Shown here piece by piece: positions 51,473-64,000 of a stretch of DNA of 64,000 bases. The first letter of the stretch is position 1, and each line of letters starts with the position of its first letter. The position numbers were made by a program, and so were the translations under genes. This stretch comes from Eledone cirrhosa. Taxonomy: Eukaryota. The notes below the pieces were generated by a model. The model ran no database searches and was not told the DNA's origin. It saw nothing but the letters and a program-made list of their open reading frames with translations. The stretch lies in the NCBI GenBank assembly GCA_964016885.1, contig OZ024740.1:96472001-96536000 (forward strand), read 5' to 3'.

Positions 51473-54214
51473 AATATTGCACAATGATGATCTTATTAAC
51501 ACTGGATCATATACTCCCTATCATGTTATGAAACTCCAGATAAAAAATATTTTCTGCAGGATATTTGCTGTTCCAGAGGACTGTCGTTTGCAATGTCGCA
51601 ATACTGAGACGGATTATAATTGTACCAACATAATTCTGTAGATTTATTTGTTACCGACTCAACTGCTCCAATTTCTACCATACATGCTTTCATATTCTAC
51701 CATCCATCGACATAAATTCTCAAGTTTACGTAATTTTCGGATTGATTGTTTTTTCCAATCGTTATGATAATCTCATGACAGAGCTATATCGATCAATAAA
51801 AACCTACTTGAGAACCTTTCTCAACCGAAGTTATGTATGGCCTTGTTTGTCAAAAAAATATTTTTCAGTTGATTATCATGTCCCACAAGTGTGTGTCAAT
51901 ATGATTTGGTTTGTATTATGTCATTTCTCATGATTGGAGACCCAAATGGAGGTGTACGCTCATGTTATCATAACATCATATATATATTCATTTACACTAG
52001 CATGCCAAACTTTCTACCTTGTTCCACATAACCTACATTTAATTGCTTTAAAAGGAGGTTACATAATGCTTAACGCGTTTGAGTTTAGTGTTTAATCTTG
52101 AGCAGCTATTCATACAAATTCTATATCTTACTTGGTCACATAGTTCATTGACAATTCTGCTTTCACTCCTCTTTGAAGTAGCACAATCCGCTCAATGACC
52201 ACAGGCCACTGAGTGCATAGATGTCGTTGACTTCACAAGACTAGATTTAATGAGAGATGAACATTCACACACATTTCCGTCTGCCATCTCAAAGAATATG
52301 TTATTTGATTATGCTCATGTGTGAGTGTATTAACGTATGAAATGTAATTCATTTTAAAAGTTTCGTTTGAAATAATTTCATATTATGTTCAATTCTCCTG
52401 CTCATTACTTTCTTTTATTATTCGGTTTCATTCACAAAATACCGGCCGCATATCTGAATCCCTCAAAGAATATCCAAGTCAAATATTTGACATAGATATT
52501 CTAATGTTACAAAGATATATTGTGTGTATTGAAAAGGTTCTTGATACCTACATATAATGTTTTCAGGAAGCTGAATAGAGGTTATTGGTAACATCCTGCT
52601 GCATTCCAATCTCTATTGTGCAATTCAGGTGATAATATCACGTCTACGTAAATATATTTAAGACTAAGTTATCAACATGACATTTCATTATTTACGACGG
52701 TAGGAACTGCTTAAAAGCCATTCGGCTATTATCTTTACCAAGATGAGCAATTTTGTGCCACACCCTTCGTCGCATAAGCGGCATAAATTATACGAATGAA
52801 TTGTTTTGTGTAGTTGTCCTAACATATAGAGCGTTTACACTGGCATTTAGTATATTCTATATAAAGTACATTTTCAACCGTTCGGTTAGCCAAGCAATTA
52901 ATTTGAAATATTGAATCTCTGTCACAATAATATATTGTATTGTACGTCTTCTTCCATTTGCTCCTGTGAATCTAAATAATAGGAATGGCAAGAAATCAAT
53001 AAGCATAGAAATATGTTTACAACATTATATTACTTAGAAGAGAGGGCAACTAAGTTCAGAGTTCCATGATGGAAAACGATTAATCTACTACAATTAATCA
53101 ATTACCATCTTGATACTCTGAGTACGAACAGAAACATACGCTTAGTTGCACCCTATTTAAAGTAACATAAAACACGTCTATTTAAAAAATCTTAGGCTCA
53201 TACTTTCGGAAAGAGTTATCACACATAGATAATTAAAAGAGATATTTTAGATGTAACAGTAGTGTGCTATTGAATCAGCAACAGTATGTGTCAGTCATGC
53301 AACATGTAAACTGGGAGATCTAGATTATTTGCAATGTCATGCTTAAGCATAACAAAGCAAGAATCTATTTGAAACAAACGCAAGTAATCGATCATTCTGA
53401 CATTTAGATCTGTGTTATATGAATTTATCAACAACACTGTTATTGGCCTGCGGGGCCAGGCTTTATAAACAGAAAAGGATTTTCGATTTAAAGAATACTT
53501 TTCACTTTCGATATCATAAACAAAAATACAGCGTATGAAAGTGAAATGAGTAGCTAGTTTCTAAAACCTAATTTTATTAATTAAGCATGAAAATATAATT
53601 ATCATTTGTTCTAATATTTGTTTCACACGTACAGTTAGAATAATGATTTACAATAGGATTGCAACCATTCTCGTCTAGAAACTTCAAGTTAAGCTCGTCC
53701 TTTCTTTGTATTGCAATACTGCAATATATATTTCGATGTTTATGATTAAACCGAATTTCTAGATCAATTGCATTATTAGGGTTAAAAGAAAACTCATAAA
53801 AAATAAAAGTTAAAAGCTTATGTCATTAGATTTACAAACTAATAATATTGCTTTCATATGTAGGCACAAGTCCAAAATATTTCGGGGAAGGGAAAGTCGA
53901 CCGCAGTACATACATGTTACTTTATTTTCGAACACGTAAGGATGAAGGGCATAGCAAACACTGGTAGGATGTGAACTCAGATTGTAAAGGGGCATAATCG
54001 TATACACTTTTTCAAAGACGAAGACATTGGAGTAATGCAATCCTGGATCATAACTTTATGAGATCTTCCATCGTATTTGTTAAAAACAATACAACATTCA
54101 TCGATTAAGATATACAAAATAATATATATCCAAATACGGCTTGGAATCATTGCAACAGCTGAGGACAATCATCTTAGAAGCATTCTTCGAACTTACTACG
54201 ATCTGTGTTAAATA

Positions 54215-56820
54215 AGTATAATTAATCACGCGTTTGTCTCATGTTTATATTTAAATTAGTACAAATATATCCAGCGTTTTCCGTAACATTTTCCCTAGAA
54301 ATATCAAAAATGACTTCCTAAAATGTTCCTAACATTTTCATACAAATTTTCACCAAAACATCTTCTGAACTTTTTTCTGGAAATTTAGTGAAACTCCTTC
54401 AACATTAATCGCCGAAATGTATCAAACAACTTCGCAAAATCTTGAATTATAACGCCAAATTTAAATTTCAAAAATTATTCATGAGACGTAGCATCAGAAT
54501 TCGACAGATTTTTACTTAAATTTCACTAATTTTTTTATACTTGTATTTCTCAATATTATATCAAATATATTCCCTAAAACCTTATAAAACAGTCCCCCAA
54601 ACATTTTAAGAATGATTTTCCCGGAGATTTCATCATAAATCTTTCTCAAAATTTCTTTGGAAATTTCAACAAGACTTTTAACCAAAATTGGTGCAAATCT
54701 TTTAGATATTTTTCCAAAATGTTTTATAAAGATTTTACTAAATATTGAAAAAAAGACGGAAATGAGTTTAAATAATTATGTTTTATTTGGTTGTTTATAT
54801 TTAAATTAATAACCCTAGGCCCAGATTTTCGGAATATTTTCAGTAAAGATGTTTAAAATGTTTACCCCAATTATTTCTTTAATTCCATTAAACTTTTCAA
54901 AAAATTCCATAAAGTTTTAACCAAAAATTCTCCAAAATTTTAAATACATTTCGAGAAACATTTTTTGCAATGTTTCTTCCAAACATTCATCAAACATTCT
55001 CGTTAAAGTCTCTTACAAAATGTATTAAATTGTTACCACAAATTCAGTATATACTCCCTTAAATATGTTTTGAAAACTTTTCTCGAAATGTTCATCATAT
55101 ATATTCGAAAAGGTTTCATTGTATACTACAACAAACATTTTTCACCGAAAAAGTGCAAATCTACTTTTCGGATATTTTTACAAACATTTGAAAATACTTT
55201 TGTAAAGATTTTCGTAAATATTGAAAAACATATGGAAATATATTTAATTAGTTGTGTTAATCGGATGGTTATATTGAAATTAGTATGACAAGCTCCACAT
55301 TTACAGAGCAATTTCTTCTACAAAGTTCTCAAAGATTTTCCTAAAGTTTTTTACAAATTTTCATAAGATATTTAACTCGGATTTTCTCTGATTTTATCTG
55401 ATTTTCTCGGATATTTTACTCGAATTTTCTTGAGAATTTCTGGTATTCCCTGAAAAACGTAGGCCGAAATGCTACAGAATAACTTTGCCAAATCTTTCAA
55501 TATTTTTCATGATTTAATTTAACATTAAAAAAATCCATCACGATTTCCTCCAAATATTCTTCATAATTTTCGGAGCATTCTCTAAAATTATCTTAAACGA
55601 TTTTCTGAAACTTTCTTCAAAATATTTCGCCCAAATTCCATTTAACTTTGTAAGAATTTCCATCAAAGGATTCCAAGAAAATTGGCCTAAATTTTCATTA
55701 AAAATCCAACAGATTTAAAAAGTTATTTCTCTCAATATTTCAAATAATTTTCTCCATAAAATCACTTACACGATTATTTAAATTTGTCATCAAAATCAAC
55801 CTATTTCCTAAAAGTTAACCAAAGAGATTCGCAATTTCTTTCAAAGTCATTAAAAAATGTCATCTTTTTTTTTCTGAAAAATTGCTTACATGTTTTCTTC
55901 TAATTTATCGAGAATTTTCATTGTTTCAACAAATTATGCTAATTGTCTCCCTCAATATGTCAAACATTTTCCGTAAAATATCTCACAAAAGTCATTAAAA
56001 CCTTAAATTTCATTAAGTTTTCCCCGAAATAATTTAAGAAAATATTCTCGAAATGTTCCATCATGAATTTTACACAAATTTCTTTGAAACTTTCAACGAG
56101 ACTTTTTACCAAAATTGCTGCCAAATTTCCTCTAGACATTTTTCAAAACGTTTTGTAAAGAGTACAATAAATGTTGAAAAAAAATGGAAATAAGATTAAT
56201 TAATCATGTTTTATCTTGTGCTTATATTTAAATTAATACGACTAGCTACAGATTTCCAGTAAAACTTTCTCTCAATTATTCAAAACAATTCCTGAAATTG
56301 TCCTTCAAATATTTCTCAAAAATTACTTTTTGATTTCCAAATAATTCTCTCAAATATTTTTCCATAAATTCTCCCAAATTTTCATTAAAGTTTCATCAAT
56401 GATTTTTCAAAATGTTTTTGTGAATATATCATGAAATATGTTCCAAAATATACGTTACAAAACTCATTGATTGTTTAACCGTATATTTATGAAACATTCC
56501 CCAATTTAGTTATAAAAAATATTCCCGAAAATTTAATAATGAATTTCATTCCAGTTTCATTAGATTTTGCCATAAAGACTTTACTTAAAATGTTTTATAG
56601 ATATTTTTCCAAATGTTTCGTAAAGATGTTTCTTAAAAATTGGAAAATAGAACGAAATAAGTTCAACTAATCATGTTTTTGTTGGGCGCTTATAATTAAA
56701 TTAGTACGATTAACTCCAAATTTTTAGTAATATTTTCTCTAAATATTTTTAAAGAGATTTCGTCAATTTTCCCCAAATTTTCATATAACTATTTTCTGAA
56801 ATCATTTCCTCAAGACGGAA
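54215..56820. repeat. Diverged cryptic satellite with ~470-550-bp units, rich in A/T tracts and G-poor on +
   Basis: Anchor TTATATTTAAATTA(G/A)TA recurs at about 54245, 54796, 55269, 56222 and 56690, mostly preceded by AAAATGTTTT(G/A)TAAAGATTTT..AAATATTGAAAAA. Confidence 0.65.
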
Positions 56821-56984
56821 TTAAGAAATTATAACAAATAATGTGCAAAGAAATATAACCTCTACTTTTAGTATAGTTAGTAACGTGTTATAATAACATA
56901 TTTGTGAGTGAATAATAATAATATTAGTACATACATTAGTACATACACGTACATACATTAGTACATACACGTACATACATATAT

Positions 56985-57255
56985 GTATACAGACGTACAG
57001 TAGTACGTATATATATATATACATACATGCACACTTATATATCTGTACGTATGGATTCACCGAACATTTATTATAATGCTCGGTGAATCCATACGTACAG
57101 ATATATATGTGTGCATGTATGTATATATATATACATACTATATATATACATACTACTGTACGTCTGTATACATATATGTATGTACGTGTACATACTTATA
57201 TTTAAGTAACAGCCGTACTAAGAGTGGGAAATGAAATTTTGTTTCATTTTTTCCG
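56985..57255. repeat. Fold-back repeat centred near 57068; relatives at 34370-34560 and 42530-42585
   Basis: ATCTGTACGTATGGATTCACCGA / TCGGTGAATCCATACGTACAGAT; shared GCCGTAC..GAGTG.GAAATGAAATTTTGTTTCATT. Confidence 0.65.
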
Positions 57256-58530
57256 TTTAATAATAATATTATTATATTCGGTTCAGCTCTAGCGGGTAGC
57301 ATTGAGGGGAAGATATTTCTTTGTGGTGAGGGGCAATACATACGAAACAATTGTGGACTATTTTGTTTTTTCTACCACTGAGGTAGTTCTCTCGCTAGCA
57401 AACCGAATATTAATAATACCACCCTTCGGGTGGTTTTCTGCAAGCTTATGTGGTGTGCATTATTATATGCAAATATATATGCATGTATACATCAAGTAAA
57501 ATCGCATTTGAAAATATGCACATACATTGAGGAGAGACTGTGTTACACTCTCTTCTATAACCAGGAAAGTAATCCATGATACATTTAAAAAAAGACGATA
57601 TTATATATAAACTGCATTACTGCGAAATGTAATGAAAACTAAGAATGGTGAAAATTAGTGACCGAAATATAAATCTTGTACAAGGATGGAAACATATGGA
57701 CATTTTCATAAACGATGTAATAACCGAAAGTGTAGATTTTTTGAAAATCTTTAAAGAAATGAATCTTGAAATAAGTTATCATTATATATGTATATTTATG
57801 TTTAATCAACAGCTACGCAATTTAATACAAAAATTATGTAATATTCATCCATTATTTATTCAAATTAATCTAATTTATTTTAAACGGGATAGAAAAATAT
57901 ATTCAGGACGCAGTCCCGCACTCCTTTTATTATATTATGATTATTACAATATTATTATTCACTTACGATAACCATATTAGAGCGAAAATAAATTTCCTTT
58001 TTAATTTTCTGCAAAGCTGTCCGTAAAAATGTATCTGTGTGCATACTAGGCTCATCTGCTGCTGAATACGTTTGAGAATACTATGTATCTCCAGCAGCTC
58101 CAGCGGGAAGCAGTGACGAAAGAATGTATCGTCTAAATAAGAGGCAATGACTCCCGAACAATTGTCGCCTATACTCTTTCTGCTACCGCTGGAAAAAAAG
58201 GATAAATTCAGTCGTCTATAAAGCATAGAGAGGGTTATGAGACTGTGAGCTTTGAAACGCACCGAATGTTAATAATAATATTATTATATTATTATTATAC
58301 GCCCACGAATACATTTATGTATCCACCATGTTAAATAGGAAAGAAATGTTGTTATAACCTCGTTTTAATTCTAAATATATAGTATCATTTAAATGATAAC
58401 AATGTCGTCGTTTGGACTAATGCCTGTATGCTGCTGATGATATGGACATATACATCGCAAGATACTTATTAACTCTACTAAAATTATTAAAGACAACCAA
58501 TACTATGTTATACTCTTTTAATACTCATTA

Positions 58531-59751
58531 AGGGTCATATTTGTGTAATATTGCCAGAATTAATAACAGAACACACTCACTGTTTGGTTGGTTTTCGCTT
58601 CTCGGTGTCTTTTATATCTGCGATCTAACTTAATCGGTCCTCAATGTTGCCATTGACTGACCGACGGTCAAAAATAATACAGATACAATATAGACACAAA
58701 CGCATATATATAGTTTACATAATTTACATAAATCTTTCGTTGCACATCTGCAACATCGTCAGTTGTGTTATATTTCTTCCTCCTGTTGTGTTGTATTTCT
58801 ACACCATTTTTTATTCAGTCTGTCTATATATTTATTTATTTATTTGCTTGATTGTTTATTTTATTTTGTCTTCTTTGCGCATGCGTTTGCGTGTGTGTAT
58901 AGTGTTATGTTTACTGTTTGACTAGTGTGTATAGTGTTGTGTTTGCTGGGTGACTAGTGTGTGTTTATGTGCTTGTTGTTATTGTGCGTGTGTATGTATT
59001 TATTTATCTTATTTTATTTTATTTTATTTACTTATTTATACTTCTCTTAGGTCAGTGTTGTTTGTTTGGGTGTTGTTTTTGTTCCACTCATTCTTTCTGT
59101 TTAGCTTTGGTCTTCTAATTTCTAATTCACTGGCCTCTCTGATTTGCCTATCTGCTGGGTCATTCCTATGTTTAGATATTATTCTAATTTCTATGTTGTC
59201 TATGTTACCGTCATGTTGTTGTCTAGCATGTTCGTATAGTACTGATCCGTTTTTTCGTCCTTTTAGTTCCCCCCAGTGTTGGTCTATCCTTTCACCTATG
59301 CTACGAGCTGTTTCGCCTTTGTATGTTGTTGTCATGTTTCTGCAAGTACCCTCTGTACATCTTATGCTATAGACTACGTTTCTAGTTTTACAGTTTATCC
59401 GGGGGCTCACCTTACATATGATACATTTCCTATTGGTACAGTGGGTTTTCTTAAAAGGGTAGGTTTTGCTGATCAGGGATTTTATGGCGGTTCCTGGCTT
59501 TTCTACCACCTTTATTTTTAAGTGGGTCTATGTTGTATCTGTATTATTTTTGACCGTCGGTCAGTCAATAGCAACATTGAGGACCGATTAAGTTAGATCG
59601 CAGATATAAAAGTCAGCGAGAAGCGAAAACCAACCAAACAGTGAGTGTGTTCTGTTATTAATTCTGGCAATATCACACAAATATGACCCTCCCCAAGCAT
59701 AACAATATTTGTTTCGACACACGATTTCTTATAAAAAACCTCGCTAAACTA
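58531..59751 (-). mobile_element. Second truncated PLE family C copy: GIY-YIG fragment (59036-59509) with an inverted pLTR (59531-59751)
   Basis: 157-aa ORF nearly identical to 37666-38088 and ending LNRKNEW. HHR-like core at 58735-58762. Confidence 0.88.
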
Positions 59752-59890
59752 TATATATATATATATATATATATATGAGTATGTGTGTATATATATATAT
59801 ATGTGTGTCTGTGACCAGTGTATATATAGATCACAGGCACCCACATATGTATATATGTGCACAGACACATACATATATATGTACACACAC

Positions 59891-59932
<42 letters not shown>

Positions 59933-59939
59933 GCACACG

Positions 59940-61150
<1,211 letters not shown>

Positions 61151-63246
61151 CCTAGGTTATATAGATAGAAGAAATGAACATTTACGTTTTATAAATTCCA
61201 TAACTATATGCATTCTAATTTTCAAAAGAATATAGCTATAAACTGAAATGATAAAGTATAAGAATTTCCATTTGTATATTTGAAATAAATAGACGATTTC
61301 ATCCACATGTTGATGAAATGCTAAGTCAAATGACGCATTCCCAAAATGCAAGGTAATGAATTGGAAGTGAGGTGTGGGATATTGATTGTGAGACAAACTT
61401 CTCAACTATTCGGTCATGCTAGGTTCACACAGCGATTTATATGGCATTAACCGTTATCGCTTATGCGTTCTTACTCATTAATGCAAACGAAGTACATAGA
61501 ATAATGTACGTTTATGTCATTATTTGGCTACACCTTACTTAGAACTTTTAGAAAAAAATTACAAATTGAAACTTACATATTGATGATGTTATCAATTTAG
61601 TTGAAATTGTCAGTTTCAATCGTATAACCTTAAAACCAAGGAGAGAAACCCATGATGTTATAAAAGTACAATCATTATTATTTTCTTATACGTTAATTCT
61701 ATTTTAACTCAGAAGTGTATTATGTTAATATTTTGGTTAAATATTTATGAAAGGAATATTTGCATTAAATGATTTTCAATACTACGCAGATAAATATTTC
61801 CAACATCAAAACGTACATTCATATTAACTCATAATTTTATTTATGACATTTTTGTGGGAAGACATTTGATTATGTGAAAGAAGTTGCTGGTTTGCGTCGA
61901 ATGAAATGTGTGATATAAGATAATATATATGTTTGTCCTATCTAGTGCTACATATAACATTTCCTGGCTAAAAGCAGGCAGGAGCATATAAACTCCCTTT
62001 CTGTTAAATGGATATCCCTCAATTATATATATATTCCATTGACAATGTATGATATTAAAGATTATTACCTACAATTAAACCGAATAATTCAATTTATTTG
62101 GCTAGCAGCCAAATCAAATATGGCAAGACAACTCTTCCATGATAAGCTTAGTTCCATTTAATAAATGTGTACCTGGTTTGATGCTTCAGCGTAACACAAC
62201 ATAATCAGATTTCTTCTTCAATACCTGAGGTGGAACATCAGATGAATGTTGTTTTATATGAACATTCAGATAGAGAATTTAGAGATTTCTGATTCTGTTC
62301 AACACTAACATAATTAAAAGTTTGGAATGTTTTGCTATACCAGTTATGAGTATATGGATGCCATTGTTAAAGTGTACTCCGGGATCATGATTATGAAGAT
62401 AATCCATAGAAATAGCCATATTGAGAAACTTAAAATATCAGCAAATATATCCCACAAACAAGAGATAGTAATAGTTGTGGTAGATTAGATAGTATATATA
62501 TTTGTTTATGAATAAACCTAGTCAATACATCGGTGATATCAATCGAAAGGAATATGGTATAGAAAAACTTTACATAGGAACATACGCCAACGGAGATAAA
62601 ACTGGAGACGCGATATTTTCAAATTTTCCGAGAAGCGATATCATTTGGCTTCTTTGGAAATATTTCTTAGTCAGTGTTATCATTATGTACCTCATAGATA
62701 TTCTTGGCGTGAATGTCGTCATCAAACTATTGTCGAAATTCTCGAATTGATCATACCAATTCCCTCTACCATCAAGCCATGCCTCAAGAGTCTGTAATTG
62801 CACCTCATATAGAGAAAGTCGGACCAAATAAATTGAAAAGTGAATATATACTTATCTGAATGAAAGTGAAAGCGTTATGATCAATATAGGTATGTCTATA
62901 TAAATCCCAAATAGACAGATAATTTTAATGCTGATTACTTGTGATCAAAGCTGAATGGGTTTCACATGCAAGATACATTGACAGAGTTAAGAATATGGAC
63001 AAAGAACAATTATTTCCAGTAGTCATTATAAATTGGAATAGTTTTCACTTACGATATGTATGTTTATTTCTGTGAGGATGACGGTGTTTGTATTGATTGA
63101 TATGTATGCTTATATACATTAATATTTATACCGTTTGTACTAATAATATGCATTTCATGGTTGAAACATCGATTACATATTTGTATATGAACACATACAC
63201 ACACACATACACACAAGCACGCACACACACACACACACACGCACAC

Positions 63247-63304
<58 letters not shown>

Positions 63305-63725
63305 GTATATGTGTGTGTGTGTGTGTGTGACTGTTTATATAATAGTATTTTCCTTATTCTAGGAATAACGTGAAGCACGTACTAACAAAAAGAGTCTATG
63401 AATACTAAGGGAATACATATCTGCATATTAGTTTCTCTTCTAATTAGAGGTCATCAAGTATTAGAATATCATTGTCAATTATCTCTCCATAGAGAACTAT
63501 CTCTGTTAGATAGTTGTAAGTAGCCAGTATCAGTGGAACCAGAAACATAGAAAGGGATATTTATTTGGAAATTAAGGTGGTTTACTTATTTTTCATATAA
63601 CAATGGTATATTGAAGTTAAAAAAATACTATCTTCGGTAATGTATTTTTTTCTGTAAGTTAAATATATGTTCAATGTTTCTAATAGAAAACAATTTCTTC
63701 GGCCGGTTACTCAAAGCAATATTGG

Positions 63726-63807
<82 letters not shown>

Positions 63808-63810
63808 GGA

Positions 63811-63874
<64 letters not shown>

Positions 63875-64000
63875 GAGAGAGAGAGCCAATAGTGATTTGG
63901 GTCGAAAACGTTGTTTTCCATTCCAAAGGTTGAACATATAATTAACTACCGAAGATATATTTATATGATCCATTATGCAATATGTTTATATATAATACCA

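Noticed and set aside
51540-51760. Minus-strand Cys/Trp-rich peptides faintly resembling a kringle domain
   Set aside because: The motifs are in different frames with stops and no coherent exon.
57270-57417. Hairpin element containing GAAACAATTGT (helix III-like)
   Set aside because: No CUGAnGA-type core or helix I was found upstream.

Overview
AT-rich animal genomic DNA, probably an octopod cephalopod (inferred from an octopus-type tRNA SINE). No intact host gene is recognisable; there is one weak terminal-exon candidate at 1044-1265 (-). The window is a chain of Penelope-like retroelements (PLEs; RT plus C-terminal GIY-YIG endonuclease, at least four families, all decayed) and their non-coding derivatives, nearly all abutting (TA)n microsatellites. 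It also holds a CRE-like RLE retrotransposon 3' end, SINEs, a Helitron-like element, LINE remnants and a cryptic satellite. Folding by eye finds about 25 type I hammerhead ribozyme (HHR) motifs from more than 10 sequence families. Many have non-standard cores (U3-A8 swap, C4 or A4, unpaired 10.1/11.1, palindromic helix III, long helix II inserts). They sit in (i) PLE pseudo-LTRs, (ii) tiny fold-back elements of 140-330 bp and (iii) non-coding tandem monomers of about 316 bp and 660-680 bp that resemble retrozymes copied from circular RNA. All folds and alignments were done by eye and none has been computed or assayed.
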